Assembly: GCA_001919865.1 (NCBI GenBank)
Contig: MNIR01000058.1
Location: 15,430-79,429 of the forward strand
Length of the DNA: 64,000 bases
DNA from: Gemmatimonadetes bacterium 13_1_20CM_4_69_16
GTDB taxonomy: Bacteria; Gemmatimonadota; Gemmatimonadetes; Gemmatimonadales; GWC2-71-9
Direction: 5' to 3'
The first letter of the stretch is position 1, and each line of letters starts with the position of its first letter. Shown here piece by piece: positions 19,854 through 30,212 of this stretch. Made by a program: the position numbers and the translations under genes. The notes below the pieces were generated by a model. The model was not told the origin of the DNA. It was given only the letters and a program-made list of their open reading frames with translations, and searched no databases.

Positions 19854-21058
19854 GGCGCCTGAATGTAGCGGTGGACTACGCGTCCGGCGACGACGGTCAA
19901 GAGGGCGGCAGAGGGCGGCAGAAGGCGGGAGAGGGCGGTAGAAGGGAAGACGGCGAGGTCCGCCTGCTTCCCCACCTCGAGCGAGCCGATCTCGGCGTCG
20001 TGGCCGAGGGCTCGGGCACCTTCCAGCGTGAGCATGCGGAGCGCCTCTTCGCCCCCCAGCCCTGCGGCTGTGGCCTCGGACCAGAGATCGACGTCCCCCG
20101 TGCTGACCACCGAATCCGTCCCGAAGCCGACCTTGACCCCGGCGCGGCGAAACGCTCCCAGCGGAGCGGTGCCGTGCCCGTGAGCGCGGTTCGAGCGAGG
20201 ACAGTGGGCGATGGCGGCGCCCGCGTCCCGCAAGAGCTCGACGTCCCGCTGGTCCACTTGCACGCAGTGGATGCAGAGACACGCCGTTCCAGGTTGCACG
20301 ACGCCCAGTTGCACGAGATGCTCGACAGGTGACCGGCCTCGAGCCGCGACCCGAATGCCGCGGGCACGCAACGCCTCGGCGAATGGGCCAGCTCCGTCCG
20401 CGACCAGCTGGGTCTCCTCTCGCGACTCGGCGAGGTGCACGGCGAGCGGCAGGCCTGCGCCGCGGGCGAACTCGGCAACTGCCCGATACAGCGGCTCGCT
20501 CACGGTATACGGCGCGTGCGGCGAGACACCCAAGCGGGCGCGGCGGGAGACGAGTGGACGGAGCCGCTCGACCGCGGCGGTGAGCTCCGCGACGCTCGCG
20601 GCGCACTGCGCCGGGTCCGGCCCGAAGACCTCCTGATAGTAGATGCCCCGCGCACCCAGCCGGGCGAGTGCCTCGAGCGGGGACCCGGAGCTGCCCGTAT
20701 CCGCCACGCATGTGACGCCCGCCGCCCAGCAGTCCCGCACCCCCTGTTCCGCGGCACGCGAGAATTCAGCCGGCGGGGTGGCGTCTTTGAGAGTGCGGAT
20801 CGCCCGGATCCACTGGACGAAGTCGCGCTCGGCGTTCCGCCCGGCGAGGTGCGTCAGCTCGAGATGGGTGTGGCAGTTCACCAGTCCGGGGACGAGGACG
20901 GCGGCGGGAAACTCGAGGGCCTCCACTTCGGGAGGCGTAGGCACCTGGGAATTCGGGCCGATGGCGGCGATGCGGCCGCCCACGTCAACGAGAACGGCGC
21001 CGTCGTGGATCGGCGGCGCCGTGACGGGATGCACGGAGCGAGCGCGGAGACGCAGCAC
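19850..21058 (-). CDS. Metal-dependent amidohydrolase (nucleoside deaminase-like)
   Basis: PGLVNCHTHLEL, SPHAPY, HLAES, HCPRSN, GTDS; start may be 21106. Confidence 0.85.
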   Translation of the reverse strand: MLRLRARSVHPVTAPPIHDGAVLVDVGGRIAAIGPNSQVPTPPEVEALEFPAAVLVPGLVNCHTHLELTHLAGRNAERDFVQWIRAIRTLKDATPPAEFSRAAEQGVRDCWAAGVTCVADTGSSGSPLEALARLGARGIYYQEVFGPDPAQCAASVAELTAAVERLRPLVSRRARLGVSPHAPYTVSEPLYRAVAEFARGAGLPLAVHLAESREETQLVADGAGPFAEALRARGIRVAARGRSPVEHLVQLGVVQPGTACLCIHCVQVDQRDVELLRDAGAAIAHCPRSNRAHGHGTAPLGAFRRAGVKVGFGTDSVVSTGDVDLWSEATAAGLGGEEALRMLTLEGARALGHDAEIGSLEVGKQADLAVFPSTALSRLLPPSAALLTVVAGRVVHRYIQAP

Positions 21059-21139
21059 TAGGGGCTCGGGGGTCGGGGATCGGGGATCGGGGCCCGCGGG
21101 GCGCACTCCCTAGCCCCTAACCCCCAGCCCCTAGCCCCT
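21059..21139. repeat. Heptamer tandem-inverted repeat (GGGGmTC)n...(CCCTAGC)n
   Basis: Visible in sequence; same family as 2954-2982 and 3061-3098. Confidence 0.8.
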
Positions 21140-21143
21140 TCTC

Positions 21144-23312
21144 TCAAGGCGACACCCCGATGCCGCCGAACGGCGTATGCACCGGGCAGGACTGCGTCGG
21201 CTCGGTGCCCGGATAGAACCAGTCCCAGTGTCTCACGTCCTGCGGACAGAACGGCGTGGCCAAGTATCCGTTGGACCAGTCCACCTCGCGGGTGATCAGG
21301 GAATCGGGGCGCTCCCAGTCGGGCGGCGCCGGCCGCCGGTCGTAGACGTCCCGCATGAACGCGGTCCAGGCCGGCGCCACGATCCGGCCACCGCCGGCGT
21401 TGTGCTCCAGGATACGCTGCTGGATGTCGTATCCCACCCAGATGCCGGCGACGAGCTCCGGCGTGTATCCGATGAACCAGGCGTCGGTATAGTCGTCGGT
21501 GGTGCCCGTCTTGCCGGCGGCCGGGTATGTAAACCCGGCTTTCCACACGGCGGTGAAGGCGGTGCCGCGGCGGATCACGTCCTTCATCATGTCCACCATC
21601 AGCCAGGTGTGCTCGCGGTCCATCACGTCCTCACGCCGGGTGTCGGTCTTCCAGAGGATATTGCCCTGGCGGTCCTCCACGCGCAGGATGCCGATCGGCT
21701 CCGCGCGGGTGCCGAGCGTGGCGAACGCGGTGTAGGCGGCGATCATCTCGATCGGCTTCACGCCCTGCGCGCCGATGTGGATCGCCGGGAACGGCGGCAG
21801 CGTGGTGGTGATGCCGTAGCGGCGCGCTTCGCCGATCACGGTCTGCTCGCCCAGCGCCATCCCGAGCTTGATCGTCGCCAGGTTGCGGGACAAGTACAAC
21901 CCCTCCCGCATGGGAATCATTCCGAGCGTGGTGTCGTCGTCGTCTTTCGGCTGCCACAGCGAGCTGTCGAGCTGGACGACCGGCGTGCTGAGCGGCGAGT
22001 CGTCGAGGATCTCGGTGACCGGGTGGCCGGCACGGACCGCGGCGGAGTACACGAACGGCTTGAAGGTCGAGCCCGGCTGGCGGATCGCCTGAGTGGCGCG
22101 ATTGTACTTGGAGTCGTCGAAGTCGCGCCCGCCGATCATGGCGCGGATGTACCCGGTGTTCGCTTCGAGCGCGACCAGGGCGCCCTGCAGGTACGGGGTG
22201 AACCCCGATCCATGGTCCTCGCCCGCCGCCTTGGAGGACTCGATGTACTCCCGGTAGGTGGTCCGGCCGGGGAACTTGCCGTTCGAGTACGCTCCAGCCT
22301 CGATGGCGTCGAGCTGCGACTGGAGCGCCCGCTCGGCCGCTTCTTGCATATCGAGGTCGAGCGTCGTGTAGATGCGCAGGCCGCTCTCGTACAGATCGCG
22401 CCCGAAGCGCGCGTCCAGCTGGACCCGCAGCCACTCGACGAAATAGGGCGCCACGTCGCCGTAGTTGGTGCGATGCGTGGTCAGGACGAGCGGGTACGCC
22501 TTCCAGAGCTCGACCTCGTCTTCCGTGAGGAACCCCTGATCCCGCATCAGGCTCAGCACGACGTTGCGGCGCCGCACCGCGCGCTCGGGGTGCGTGCGCG
22601 GGTTGTAGAACGCGGGCGCCTTGGGGAGCGCGGCCAGGGTCGCGGCTTCCGCGACGTTCAGCTGCCGCGCCGACTTCCCGAAGTAGATCTGGGCCGCGGC
22701 CTCGACCCCGTGCGCGCCCGCGCCCAGGTCGATCTGGTTCAGGTAGAGCTGGAGGATCGTGTCCTTGGGGAAATTGCGCTCGATCTCCACCGCGACGCGG
22801 GCTTCCTTGAGCTTGCGCGTGAGCTGCTTTTGCCGGCTGATCTCATCGGGAAAGATGTTGCGGGCCAGCTGCATACTGATCGTCGAGAAGCCCTGCGAAT
22901 AGCCGAACGACAACAGATTCGCCTTGAGCGCGCCGAGGATGCGCCGGTAGTCGATGCCGTGATGGGAGTAAAACCGCTTGTCCTCGGTGGCGATGAACGC
23001 TTGCCGCAGCGCCACCGGAATGGCGGAGAGCGGAAGCACGGTGCGGCGCTCCAGCCCGAGCTCGCTGATGAGCCGGCCGTCGGCAGCGAACAACTTGGAG
23101 GTCTGCATCTGCACGTTGTCGCCGGCCGAGAGCAGGCGCGAGATGCTGGGGCAGTGCTCGCCCGCGCAGACGCGGGTCCACGAGCCGTAGGCGAGCCCCA
23201 CGAGGTACGCCACCGCCAGGGCCGCGACCGCGATCAGACGAGCGCGGATCTTGGGGTCGTGCCACCAGGCGGCGGGGCTCGGCAGGGAAACAGGCGCGGG
23301 GATCGAAGCCAT
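21144..23312 (-). CDS. Class A penicillin-binding protein (PBP1A family)
   Basis: EDKRFYSHHG, GFSTISMQL, RKLKE; transpeptidase motifs STFK, SRN, KTG. Confidence 0.93.
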   Translation of the reverse strand: MASIPAPVSLPSPAAWWHDPKIRARLIAVAALAVAYLVGLAYGSWTRVCAGEHCPSISRLLSAGDNVQMQTSKLFAADGRLISELGLERRTVLPLSAIPVALRQAFIATEDKRFYSHHGIDYRRILGALKANLLSFGYSQGFSTISMQLARNIFPDEISRQKQLTRKLKEARVAVEIERNFPKDTILQLYLNQIDLGAGAHGVEAAAQIYFGKSARQLNVAEAATLAALPKAPAFYNPRTHPERAVRRRNVVLSLMRDQGFLTEDEVELWKAYPLVLTTHRTNYGDVAPYFVEWLRVQLDARFGRDLYESGLRIYTTLDLDMQEAAERALQSQLDAIEAGAYSNGKFPGRTTYREYIESSKAAGEDHGSGFTPYLQGALVALEANTGYIRAMIGGRDFDDSKYNRATQAIRQPGSTFKPFVYSAAVRAGHPVTEILDDSPLSTPVVQLDSSLWQPKDDDDTTLGMIPMREGLYLSRNLATIKLGMALGEQTVIGEARRYGITTTLPPFPAIHIGAQGVKPIEMIAAYTAFATLGTRAEPIGILRVEDRQGNILWKTDTRREDVMDREHTWLMVDMMKDVIRRGTAFTAVWKAGFTYPAAGKTGTTDDYTDAWFIGYTPELVAGIWVGYDIQQRILEHNAGGGRIVAPAWTAFMRDVYDRRPAPPDWERPDSLITREVDWSNGYLATPFCPQDVRHWDWFYPGTEPTQSCPVHTPFGGIGVSP

Positions 23313-23380
23313 CGCGTTACAACCTAGCGGGGGCCACAAGCGCTTGCCAGCGGTACGGGCTTCTCGTACGATTCCGCGCC

Positions 23381-24640
23381 ATGTCGGACCTCTTTGCGGA
23401 GCTCGAGTGGCGCGGGTTCGTGTACCACGCCACGCAGCAGCTGTCGCAGCACCTCGCCGGGGGACGGCGCACGGTGTACTGCGGCTTCGACCCGACCGCG
23501 CCCAGCTTGCAGCTCGGCAATCTCATGCCGCTGATGCTGCTGCGCCACTTCCAGCTCCACGGCCACAAACCCATCGTGCTGATGGGCGGCGGCACCGGAC
23601 TGATTGGCGACCCGAGCGGCAAGCCGGGCGAGCGCCCGCTGCTCTCGCGCGAGCAGATCCGCGAGAACCTGCAGCGGCAGCGCGATCAGATGCAGCGGCT
23701 CCTCGACTTCGACACCAAAGAGACGCGGGCCCTGGTGCTGAACAACGCCGACTGGCTGGTCGACCAACGGCTGGTGGACTTCCTGCGCGACGTCGGCAAG
23801 CACTTCAGCGTGAACGTCATGCTGCAGAAGGAGTCGGTGCAGGCGCGGCGCAACACGGGCATCTCCTACACCGAATTCAGCTACATGTTGCTGCAGGCCT
23901 ACGATTTTCTGCACCTGTTCCGCAAGGAGCAGTGCACCATCCAGGTCGGCGGCAGCGACCAGTGGGGGAACATCACCGCGGGGATCGACTTGATCCGCCG
24001 CGTGGAGGAGGGCGAGGCGCACGGCCTGGTGGCGCCGCTCGTCACCACGGCGACGGGATCGAAGTTTGGCAAGACCGAGGCCGGCGCGATCTGGCTCGAC
24101 CCCGCAATGACGTCCCCCTACAAATTCCACCAATTCTGGGTCAATACGGACGACCGCGACGTGGAGGCATACCTCAAGCTCTTCTCGCTCAAGCCCCGCG
24201 ACGAGGTGAAGGCGCTACTACAGCGGGCGAAGCGGGATCCCGCCCTGCGCGAAGCCCAGCGCGCGCTCGCCGCTGAGGTGACGGAGCGCGTGCATGGTGA
24301 GGCGGCTCGGAGCGCGATGGTGGCGTCCGAGATCCTGTTCGGGGACTTCGATCCGCGGAACGCGGGCGGTGGCGTGTTCGACGCGCTGGCCCAGGAGATC
24401 CCGAGTACGCGGGTCCCGAGTCGCGACAATCTCACCCTCGTGGACGCCATTGTGCTCGCGCAGCTCGCGAAGTCCAAGAGTGAAGCTCGCCGGTCGATCG
24501 AGCAGGGCGGCATCTACGTCAACCAGCAACGGGTGAAGGACGTCGCCCGGCGCATTGAGAGCGCCGACTGGCTCGCTGGGAGGAATTTGCTACTTCGCAA
24601 GGGCAAGAAGGAGTACGGCCTGCTGCGGCTCGGCAACTAG
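23381..24640 (+). CDS. tyrS: Tyrosine--tRNA ligase
   Basis: YCGFDPTA, YMLLQAYDF, GGSDQWGNI, KFGKT, C-terminal S4 domain. Confidence 0.97.
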   Translation: MSDLFAELEWRGFVYHATQQLSQHLAGGRRTVYCGFDPTAPSLQLGNLMPLMLLRHFQLHGHKPIVLMGGGTGLIGDPSGKPGERPLLSREQIRENLQRQRDQMQRLLDFDTKETRALVLNNADWLVDQRLVDFLRDVGKHFSVNVMLQKESVQARRNTGISYTEFSYMLLQAYDFLHLFRKEQCTIQVGGSDQWGNITAGIDLIRRVEEGEAHGLVAPLVTTATGSKFGKTEAGAIWLDPAMTSPYKFHQFWVNTDDRDVEAYLKLFSLKPRDEVKALLQRAKRDPALREAQRALAAEVTERVHGEAARSAMVASEILFGDFDPRNAGGGVFDALAQEIPSTRVPSRDNLTLVDAIVLAQLAKSKSEARRSIEQGGIYVNQQRVKDVARRIESADWLAGRNLLLRKGKKEYGLLRLGN

Positions 24641-24651
24641 GGCGGATAGAC

Positions 24652-24711
24652 CGTCACACGTTGCACGTCACACGTCGCACGACGTCGTGGAACGTGCGAC
24701 GTGTGACGTGT
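24652..24711. repeat. Heptamer tandem-inverted repeat (CACGTCr)n between convergent genes; possible bidirectional terminator
   Basis: cacgtcacacgtcgcacg...cgtgcgacgtgtgacgtg; related copy at 41600-41672. Confidence 0.85.
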
Positions 24712-24719
24712 AGCGGTTT

Positions 24720-25907
24720 TTACTCCAGCTGATCCAACACATCCAGCACCCGCTCCATCTCCTCCACCGTGTTGTAGCAGTGCGGTGAGAGCCGGATCGC
24801 GCCCTCGCGCAGCGAGCACACCACGTGGGCGCGCTTGACGGCGTGGTACGCCTCGGCGGGGTGCGGCGGCGCGATGCAGACGATGGCGGAGCGGTGGGCG
24901 TCGTCGCGCGGCGACACAATGCGCACGCCGTTCTGCTCGGCCCACTTGAATACGGGCTCGTGCAGCGCGCGGGTGTGCTGCGCGATGTCCGCCACGCCGA
25001 TCTCGCCGAGCAGGCGCACCGACTCGGTCATTCCGTAGAAGTCCTGATAGGGGAGCGTCACCATCTCGAAGCGGCGGGCGTCGGGGCGGAACGTGGGGTT
25101 GTAGTCGGTGAGGCGGGAGAAGTCGTCGGTGCCTTCGAACGCCATCCAGCCCGCCACCGCGGGCTCGAGCGCCGGGACCAGCTCCCTGCGCACGTAGACG
25201 AAGCCCGAGCCCCACGGGGACAGCAGCCACTTCTGGCCGCCGCACGCCAGGATGTCAACCGCGGTCTCGCGCACGTCCAGCATCGAGTTGGCCACGCCCT
25301 GGATCCCGTCCACCACGAGGAACGTGCCGTTGGCGCGGCACGCCGCGCCCAGGCGATCGAGGTCGGCGCGGTACCCGTTCGAGAACTGCACGAACGACAC
25401 GGCGAGGACCCGCACCCGCGGATCGTGCAGCCGCTCCACCAGATAGTCCTCGTCGGGCCAGCCTTCCGGCCCGCAGGGGGCCAGCTCGACGTCGATCCCC
25501 TGCTTCTTCAGGCGGAGCCAGGGATACACGTTGGCCGGGAACTCGCGATCCGAGACCAGCACCACGTCGCCCGGCTTGAGCGGCAGCGCGCGCGCCGCGA
25601 GGTTCAGCCCGTGGCTGGTGTTGGTGGCGAGGGCGATCTCGCACGGCTCCGCGTTGATCAGCCCGGCGACCGCCTCGCGCGCCGCCTGGAGCCCGGCCTG
25701 GAGCTCCCGGTCGGGAAGGAGGTGCGGCGCGGTGCGCTTGGCGGTGAACTCATCGAGCGCGCGGCGGGTGCGCTCCGGGATCGGCCCGATGGACGCGTTG
25801 TTCAGGTACACGGTGTCCGCGGTCCAGGGGAACTCGGTAGCGCGCAGCGCCCGGAAGGTGTCGCGCAGCGCCCGGAGTCGGGTGGGGTGATACGCGATGT
25901 CGGTCAT
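24720..25907 (-). CDS. PLP-dependent aminotransferase class V (cysteine desulfurase/isopenicillin epimerase-like)
   Basis: YLNNASIGP, VDGIQG, GGQKWLLSP, IRLSPHCYN. Confidence 0.88.
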   Translation of the reverse strand: MTDIAYHPTRLRALRDTFRALRATEFPWTADTVYLNNASIGPIPERTRRALDEFTAKRTAPHLLPDRELQAGLQAAREAVAGLINAEPCEIALATNTSHGLNLAARALPLKPGDVVLVSDREFPANVYPWLRLKKQGIDVELAPCGPEGWPDEDYLVERLHDPRVRVLAVSFVQFSNGYRADLDRLGAACRANGTFLVVDGIQGVANSMLDVRETAVDILACGGQKWLLSPWGSGFVYVRRELVPALEPAVAGWMAFEGTDDFSRLTDYNPTFRPDARRFEMVTLPYQDFYGMTESVRLLGEIGVADIAQHTRALHEPVFKWAEQNGVRIVSPRDDAHRSAIVCIAPPHPAEAYHAVKRAHVVCSLREGAIRLSPHCYNTVEEMERVLDVLDQLE

Positions 25908-26734
25908 GTACGCACGTCGAGCGCATCCCGCAGCCCGTCGCCCACCAGGTTCAAGCCCAGCACGGCGACGCCGATCGCGAGCCCCGGGAACAGCGACACC
26001 CAGGGCGCCACCCGCAGCAGGTCGCGCCCCTCCGCGACCATCGCCCCCCACGACGGAGTGGGCGGTTGCGCGCCCAGCCCGACGAACGACAGGGCTGCCT
26101 CCGCCATGATGGCGCCGCCGACGCCGAGCGTCGCGGCGATGATGACGGGGGCGACCACGTTCGGGAGGATGTGACGCGACACGAGGCGCGCGTCCGAGGC
26201 GCCGAGCGCGCGCGCTGCCTGCACGTAATCGAGCGCGCGCACCACGAGCACTTGACCGCGTACCAGGCGCGCCATCCCGGCCCAGCCGACGAGCCCGATC
26301 ACAACGCACACGACCGGGAGCGACGGCTTGACGGCGGCGGCGATGGCGATGAGGAGCAGGAGCGACGGGAAGGCGAGTGTGATGTCGGCGACGCGCATCA
26401 GCAGCGCGTCGGTCCAGCGTCCGTAGTACCCCGCCACGAGTCCGAGCGCGATGCCCACCGCGAGCGAGATCACCTGACTGCCGAAGCCCACGGCGAGCGA
26501 CAAGCGCGCGCCGAACAACACCCGGCTCAGGACGTCGCGGCCTTGGGCATCCGTTCCAAAGAGGTAGCTCGACGACGGCGGCCGGAGCCCGACGGACAAC
26601 GCACCGCGGTAAGCATCGCCGGGCGCGAGCCACGGCGCGGCGAGCGCGACGAGGCCGAGCGTCACCACCACGGCGAGGCCGGCCATCGTCCAGCGACTGC
26701 GCACGACGCGACGGCGAATGAGTAGCGCGGGCAT
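25904..26734 (-). CDS. Peptide ABC transporter permease (DppC/OppC type)
   Basis: FGTDAQGRDVLSR, YVQAARALGAS, EAALSFVGLG..PSWG. Confidence 0.9.
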   Translation of the reverse strand: MPALLIRRRVVRSRWTMAGLAVVVTLGLVALAAPWLAPGDAYRGALSVGLRPPSSSYLFGTDAQGRDVLSRVLFGARLSLAVGFGSQVISLAVGIALGLVAGYYGRWTDALLMRVADITLAFPSLLLLIAIAAAVKPSLPVVCVVIGLVGWAGMARLVRGQVLVVRALDYVQAARALGASDARLVSRHILPNVVAPVIIAATLGVGGAIMAEAALSFVGLGAQPPTPSWGAMVAEGRDLLRVAPWVSLFPGLAIGVAVLGLNLVGDGLRDALDVRT

Positions 26735-26788
26735 AGGGGCCACGACTACGTTACTCGAACGCTCACCTTCGGGGCAAGCGGCGGTCTC

Positions 26789-27874
26789 GTGAACAGCGGC
26801 ACACGCTTCAGTCTCGTCCTCGGCGGCGGCGGCATGAAGGGCCTCGCGCACATCGGCGTGCTCCAGGCTCTCACCGAGCGCGGCCTGTTGCCGACCCAGA
26901 TCGTCGGCTCGAGCGTGGGCGCGCTGGTCGGCGCGGCGTGGTCGGCGGGCCACAGCATCGCCGAGCTGCGCGAGATCGCGATCAACCTGCGCCGCAAGGA
27001 CGTCTTCGCCGTCGCCCACGCCGACATGGCGTTCAGGCGGATGCGCTCTCCCGCCCTGTTCCGCCGCGAGCCGCTCGACACCCTGATCGAGCGGCTGGTC
27101 GGCGATCTCACCTTCCAGCAGCTGGACTACCCCTTGGTGGTCAACACGGTGGACGTCAATTCGGGGAGCCAGATGTTCTGGGGCCTCGAGGGCCTGGACG
27201 ACGTGCCGGTGAAGGACGCCGTGTTTGCTTCTTGCGCGCTGCCCGGGTTCCTGCCGCCGCGCGAGATCCGCGGCCGCGTCTACATGGACGGTGCCACGGT
27301 GGACAACCTCCCCGTCGGGACGGCGCTCGTGCTCGGCACCGAGGTCGTGTTCGCGGTCGACGTCTCGGCGTCGAACGCGTTCCGCGCGGACGTGCAGGAG
27401 GAGGGGTTCGCCTCGGTGTTCGCGCGCGCCACCGAGATCGCCATGCAGTCACTGCTCGAGCTGCGGCTGCACTCGTGGACCACGCCACCCATCTACTACG
27501 TGCATCCCCGCGTCGAGCACATCTCGATGTTCTCGTTCGACCATCTGCGCGAAGTGGTCGAGGAAGGCTACCGCTCGACTAGCGCCGCGCTCGACACTCC
27601 CCAGGAGTGGCCCCAACCGGGGGATGTCGGGGTCTACCCGAAGCGGGGTGTCGTGGTGCGGGTCCAGCGGGAGCGGTGCATCGGGTGCGGCGCCTGCTTG
27701 CTCCAGGCGCCCCCGGGGATGTTCGTGCTCGACGCCCAGGGGAAAGCGGTCGTCACGCGGCCCGAGCAGGAGTGGTCCCCCATCGACGGGGAGTTCATCC
27801 GCCACTGTCCCACCTACGCCATCAGCGCGCGCCCGGTGGCGGCCCCCGCCGAAACTCGCCGTCGATCCGGATGA
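26789..27874 (+). CDS. Patatin-like phospholipase with C-terminal ferredoxin domain
   Basis: GGGGMKG, GSSVG, DGA motifs; CIGCGAC...CPTYAI. Confidence 0.88.
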   Translation: MNSGTRFSLVLGGGGMKGLAHIGVLQALTERGLLPTQIVGSSVGALVGAAWSAGHSIAELREIAINLRRKDVFAVAHADMAFRRMRSPALFRREPLDTLIERLVGDLTFQQLDYPLVVNTVDVNSGSQMFWGLEGLDDVPVKDAVFASCALPGFLPPREIRGRVYMDGATVDNLPVGTALVLGTEVVFAVDVSASNAFRADVQEEGFASVFARATEIAMQSLLELRLHSWTTPPIYYVHPRVEHISMFSFDHLREVVEEGYRSTSAALDTPQEWPQPGDVGVYPKRGVVVRVQRERCIGCGACLLQAPPGMFVLDAQGKAVVTRPEQEWSPIDGEFIRHCPTYAISARPVAAPAETRRRSG

Positions 27875-29015
27875 GGTCCGCGGCCACGCGGTCCCAGTTG
27901 TAGTAGGTCTCGACCGCGCGGCGGCCCGCGTCGCCCATCCGGCGGCGCGCCGCGGCGTCCGCGAGCAAGCCGCTGATCCCCGCCGCGACCGCCGCGGGGT
28001 CGTCCGGATCGACCAGGATTCCCGTCTCGCCGTCGCGCACCGCGTCCGGGACGCCGCCCGAGCGCCCGCCCACGACCGCGAGCCCGCACGCGGACGCCTC
28101 GACCAGCGCGATGCCGAAGCCCTCGGCAAGCAGATCGTAGCGGCGCGACGCGCCGACGTAGAGGTCCGCCGCGTTGTACAGCGCGGGGAGCTGATCGTCG
28201 CCGACGAACCCGAGGAACTTGACCGCGTCGCCCAACCCGAGACCGCGCACCAGTCGCTCGAACTCCGGCCGGCGCGCGCCCACGCCCGCCACGGCGTAGC
28301 GTGCCGCCGGAAAAGCGGCCCGCACGGCGGGGAGCGCCCGGATCACCGTGTCGATTCCCTTATGCGTATCGAGGCGCGAGACGGTGAGGAGCCAGGGGCC
28401 GCCGTCGAGGCCGTACCGCTCCCGCACCGGGCGCGGGTCGATCCCGGGCCGGAAATGCGACGGTGTAGTACCCAGTGGGACGACGCGCACGTCTGCGGCG
28501 AGCGCGGGGAGGTCCAGGGCGCCCAGAACCGAGCGAGCGAGCTCCGCCGTCCAGCGGCTGTTCGCCACCACGACGGCGGCGCCACCGAGCAGCGCCCGCG
28601 CCGTCCACCGCTTGAAACGGGAGCGACCTATCTTCGCTTGCAACAGCAGCAGCTCCGTGCCGTGCACGATCACCCCGTACGGCAGGCCGTAGCGGACGCG
28701 CAGCCACCGCGCCGGATACCCCGCGGGCTTGAGCTCGGCGCACCAACCAAAGCCGGGTCGCGTGCGTCGTACGAGCGCGCTCGCGCGCGCGGTCCAGAGC
28801 GCGAGCCCGTTGAGGGTACGCAGCCGCGTGGCGCGGATGGGGGTGTGATCGATCGGCTGGGGGAAGCGCGGGTCGCTGGTCTCGCTCCCCCCGTGTCGGC
28901 CGGTCGAGACGAGCAGCGAGTGGGGCGGATAGCGCAGCGCCAGCTCGCCCATCCAACGGGCGATGCCGCCGCCTAAGGGGGGAAAGTTGAAGGCGAGAAG
29001 GAGTGTGGTGCCCAA
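27822..29015 (-). CDS. Glycosyltransferase family 4
   Basis: NFPPLGGGI, HKGID, EGFGIALVEA. Confidence 0.9.
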   Translation of the reverse strand: MGTTLLLAFNFPPLGGGIARWMGELALRYPPHSLLVSTGRHGGSETSDPRFPQPIDHTPIRATRLRTLNGLALWTARASALVRRTRPGFGWCAELKPAGYPARWLRVRYGLPYGVIVHGTELLLLQAKIGRSRFKRWTARALLGGAAVVVANSRWTAELARSVLGALDLPALAADVRVVPLGTTPSHFRPGIDPRPVRERYGLDGGPWLLTVSRLDTHKGIDTVIRALPAVRAAFPAARYAVAGVGARRPEFERLVRGLGLGDAVKFLGFVGDDQLPALYNAADLYVGASRRYDLLAEGFGIALVEASACGLAVVGGRSGGVPDAVRDGETGILVDPDDPAAVAAGISGLLADAAARRRMGDAGRRAVETYYNWDRVAADLIRIDGEFRRGPPPGAR

Positions 29016-29016
29016 G

Positions 29017-30198
29017 CTACCGCGCCAGCACCTCGGCTTCGATCGCCCGCAGATCGCGCACCACGCGATCCCAGTTGTAGTAGGTCTCGACCGCCCGGCG
29101 TCCCGCGGCCCCCATCCGCTGGGCCAGCGCGGCGTCGCCGAGCAGGCGACAGATGGCGTCGGCGAATGCCGCCGGATCTTCCGGGGGCACCAGAAACCCG
29201 GTTTCGCCGTCGCGCACCGCGTCGGGAACCCCGCCCGCGTTTCCCGCGACCACCGGCAGTCCGCACGCCGACGCCTCGACGAGCGAGATACCGAACCCCT
29301 CGACCCCGATGCGTTCGGTTCGGCGCGAGGCGCCGACGTACACCGCCGCCAGACTGTACAGCGCGGGGAGATCGCGCTCGCTCACCTCTCCCAGAAAGCG
29401 CACCCGCTCACCGACGCCCATTTTGGCTGCGAGCTTCTCGAGCTGGTCGCGCTCGCTGCCCGCCCCCGCGACCGCGTAGCGCACGTCGGGCTCGCGCTCG
29501 AGGATGGCGGGGAGCGCCCGGAGCACCGTGTCCACACCTTTGTGCGGCTCGAGCCGCGCCACGGTGAGCAGCCAGCGGGCGCCATTCGCCGGCAGCTCCA
29601 GGCGCCGCAGCAACTCGGGTGAGTCGACGCCAGGGTGGAAGCGGGCGGGATCGGTGCCGAGGTGGACGACCCGCAGCCGCTGGCCGTGACCGTCGAGGGC
29701 CAGCTCACCCAGCACGGTGAGGGCGAGGTCGCGCGTCCACTGGGAGATTGCGACCAGCGCAGCCGCGCCACCCAGGATCGCGCGCGTCGAGCGGCGCTTC
29801 AACCCCGAGTGGTGGTACTTGTGCTGCTCGCTCAGCAGGTCGGCACCGTAGAGGAAGATGCAGTAGGGGACTTTGGTCCGCTCGTAGACCCAGCGGGCGG
29901 GGTAGCCGGCCGGCTTTACGTTGCCGCAATACACGAATTGCACCCGGTGCTGGCGCGCGAGGCTGGCGGCGCGGCGCGACCACAGTAGCAGCCCCGGAAG
30001 CGACTTGGTGCGGCGCCGGCCCACCGGCAAGCGGTCGACTGCGCCGCCGAACTGCGCGTCCACGTCGGCCGCGTCGGGATCCTGCGGGGTCGAGACGATC
30101 AGCTCTCCCCGCGGGTAGCGCCGGGCCAGCTCGCCGTGCAGGCGAGCGATCCCGCCGCCCATGGGCGGAAAATCCTGCGCCAGCAGGAGATCGGTCAT
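29017..30198 (-). CDS. Glycosyltransferase family 4 (paralog of neighbour)
   Basis: DFPPMGGGI, HKGVD, EGFGISLVEA. Confidence 0.9.
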   Translation of the reverse strand: MTDLLLAQDFPPMGGGIARLHGELARRYPRGELIVSTPQDPDAADVDAQFGGAVDRLPVGRRRTKSLPGLLLWSRRAASLARQHRVQFVYCGNVKPAGYPARWVYERTKVPYCIFLYGADLLSEQHKYHHSGLKRRSTRAILGGAAALVAISQWTRDLALTVLGELALDGHGQRLRVVHLGTDPARFHPGVDSPELLRRLELPANGARWLLTVARLEPHKGVDTVLRALPAILEREPDVRYAVAGAGSERDQLEKLAAKMGVGERVRFLGEVSERDLPALYSLAAVYVGASRRTERIGVEGFGISLVEASACGLPVVAGNAGGVPDAVRDGETGFLVPPEDPAAFADAICRLLGDAALAQRMGAAGRRAVETYYNWDRVVRDLRAIEAEVLAR

Positions 30199-30212
30199 GT
30201 TGGGAATGCTAA

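Noticed and set aside
21177-23327. 716-aa ORF antisense to PBP1A, and similar long Arg/Ala/Pro-rich ORFs throughout
   Set aside because: Expected from stop-codon scarcity at high GC; no motifs.
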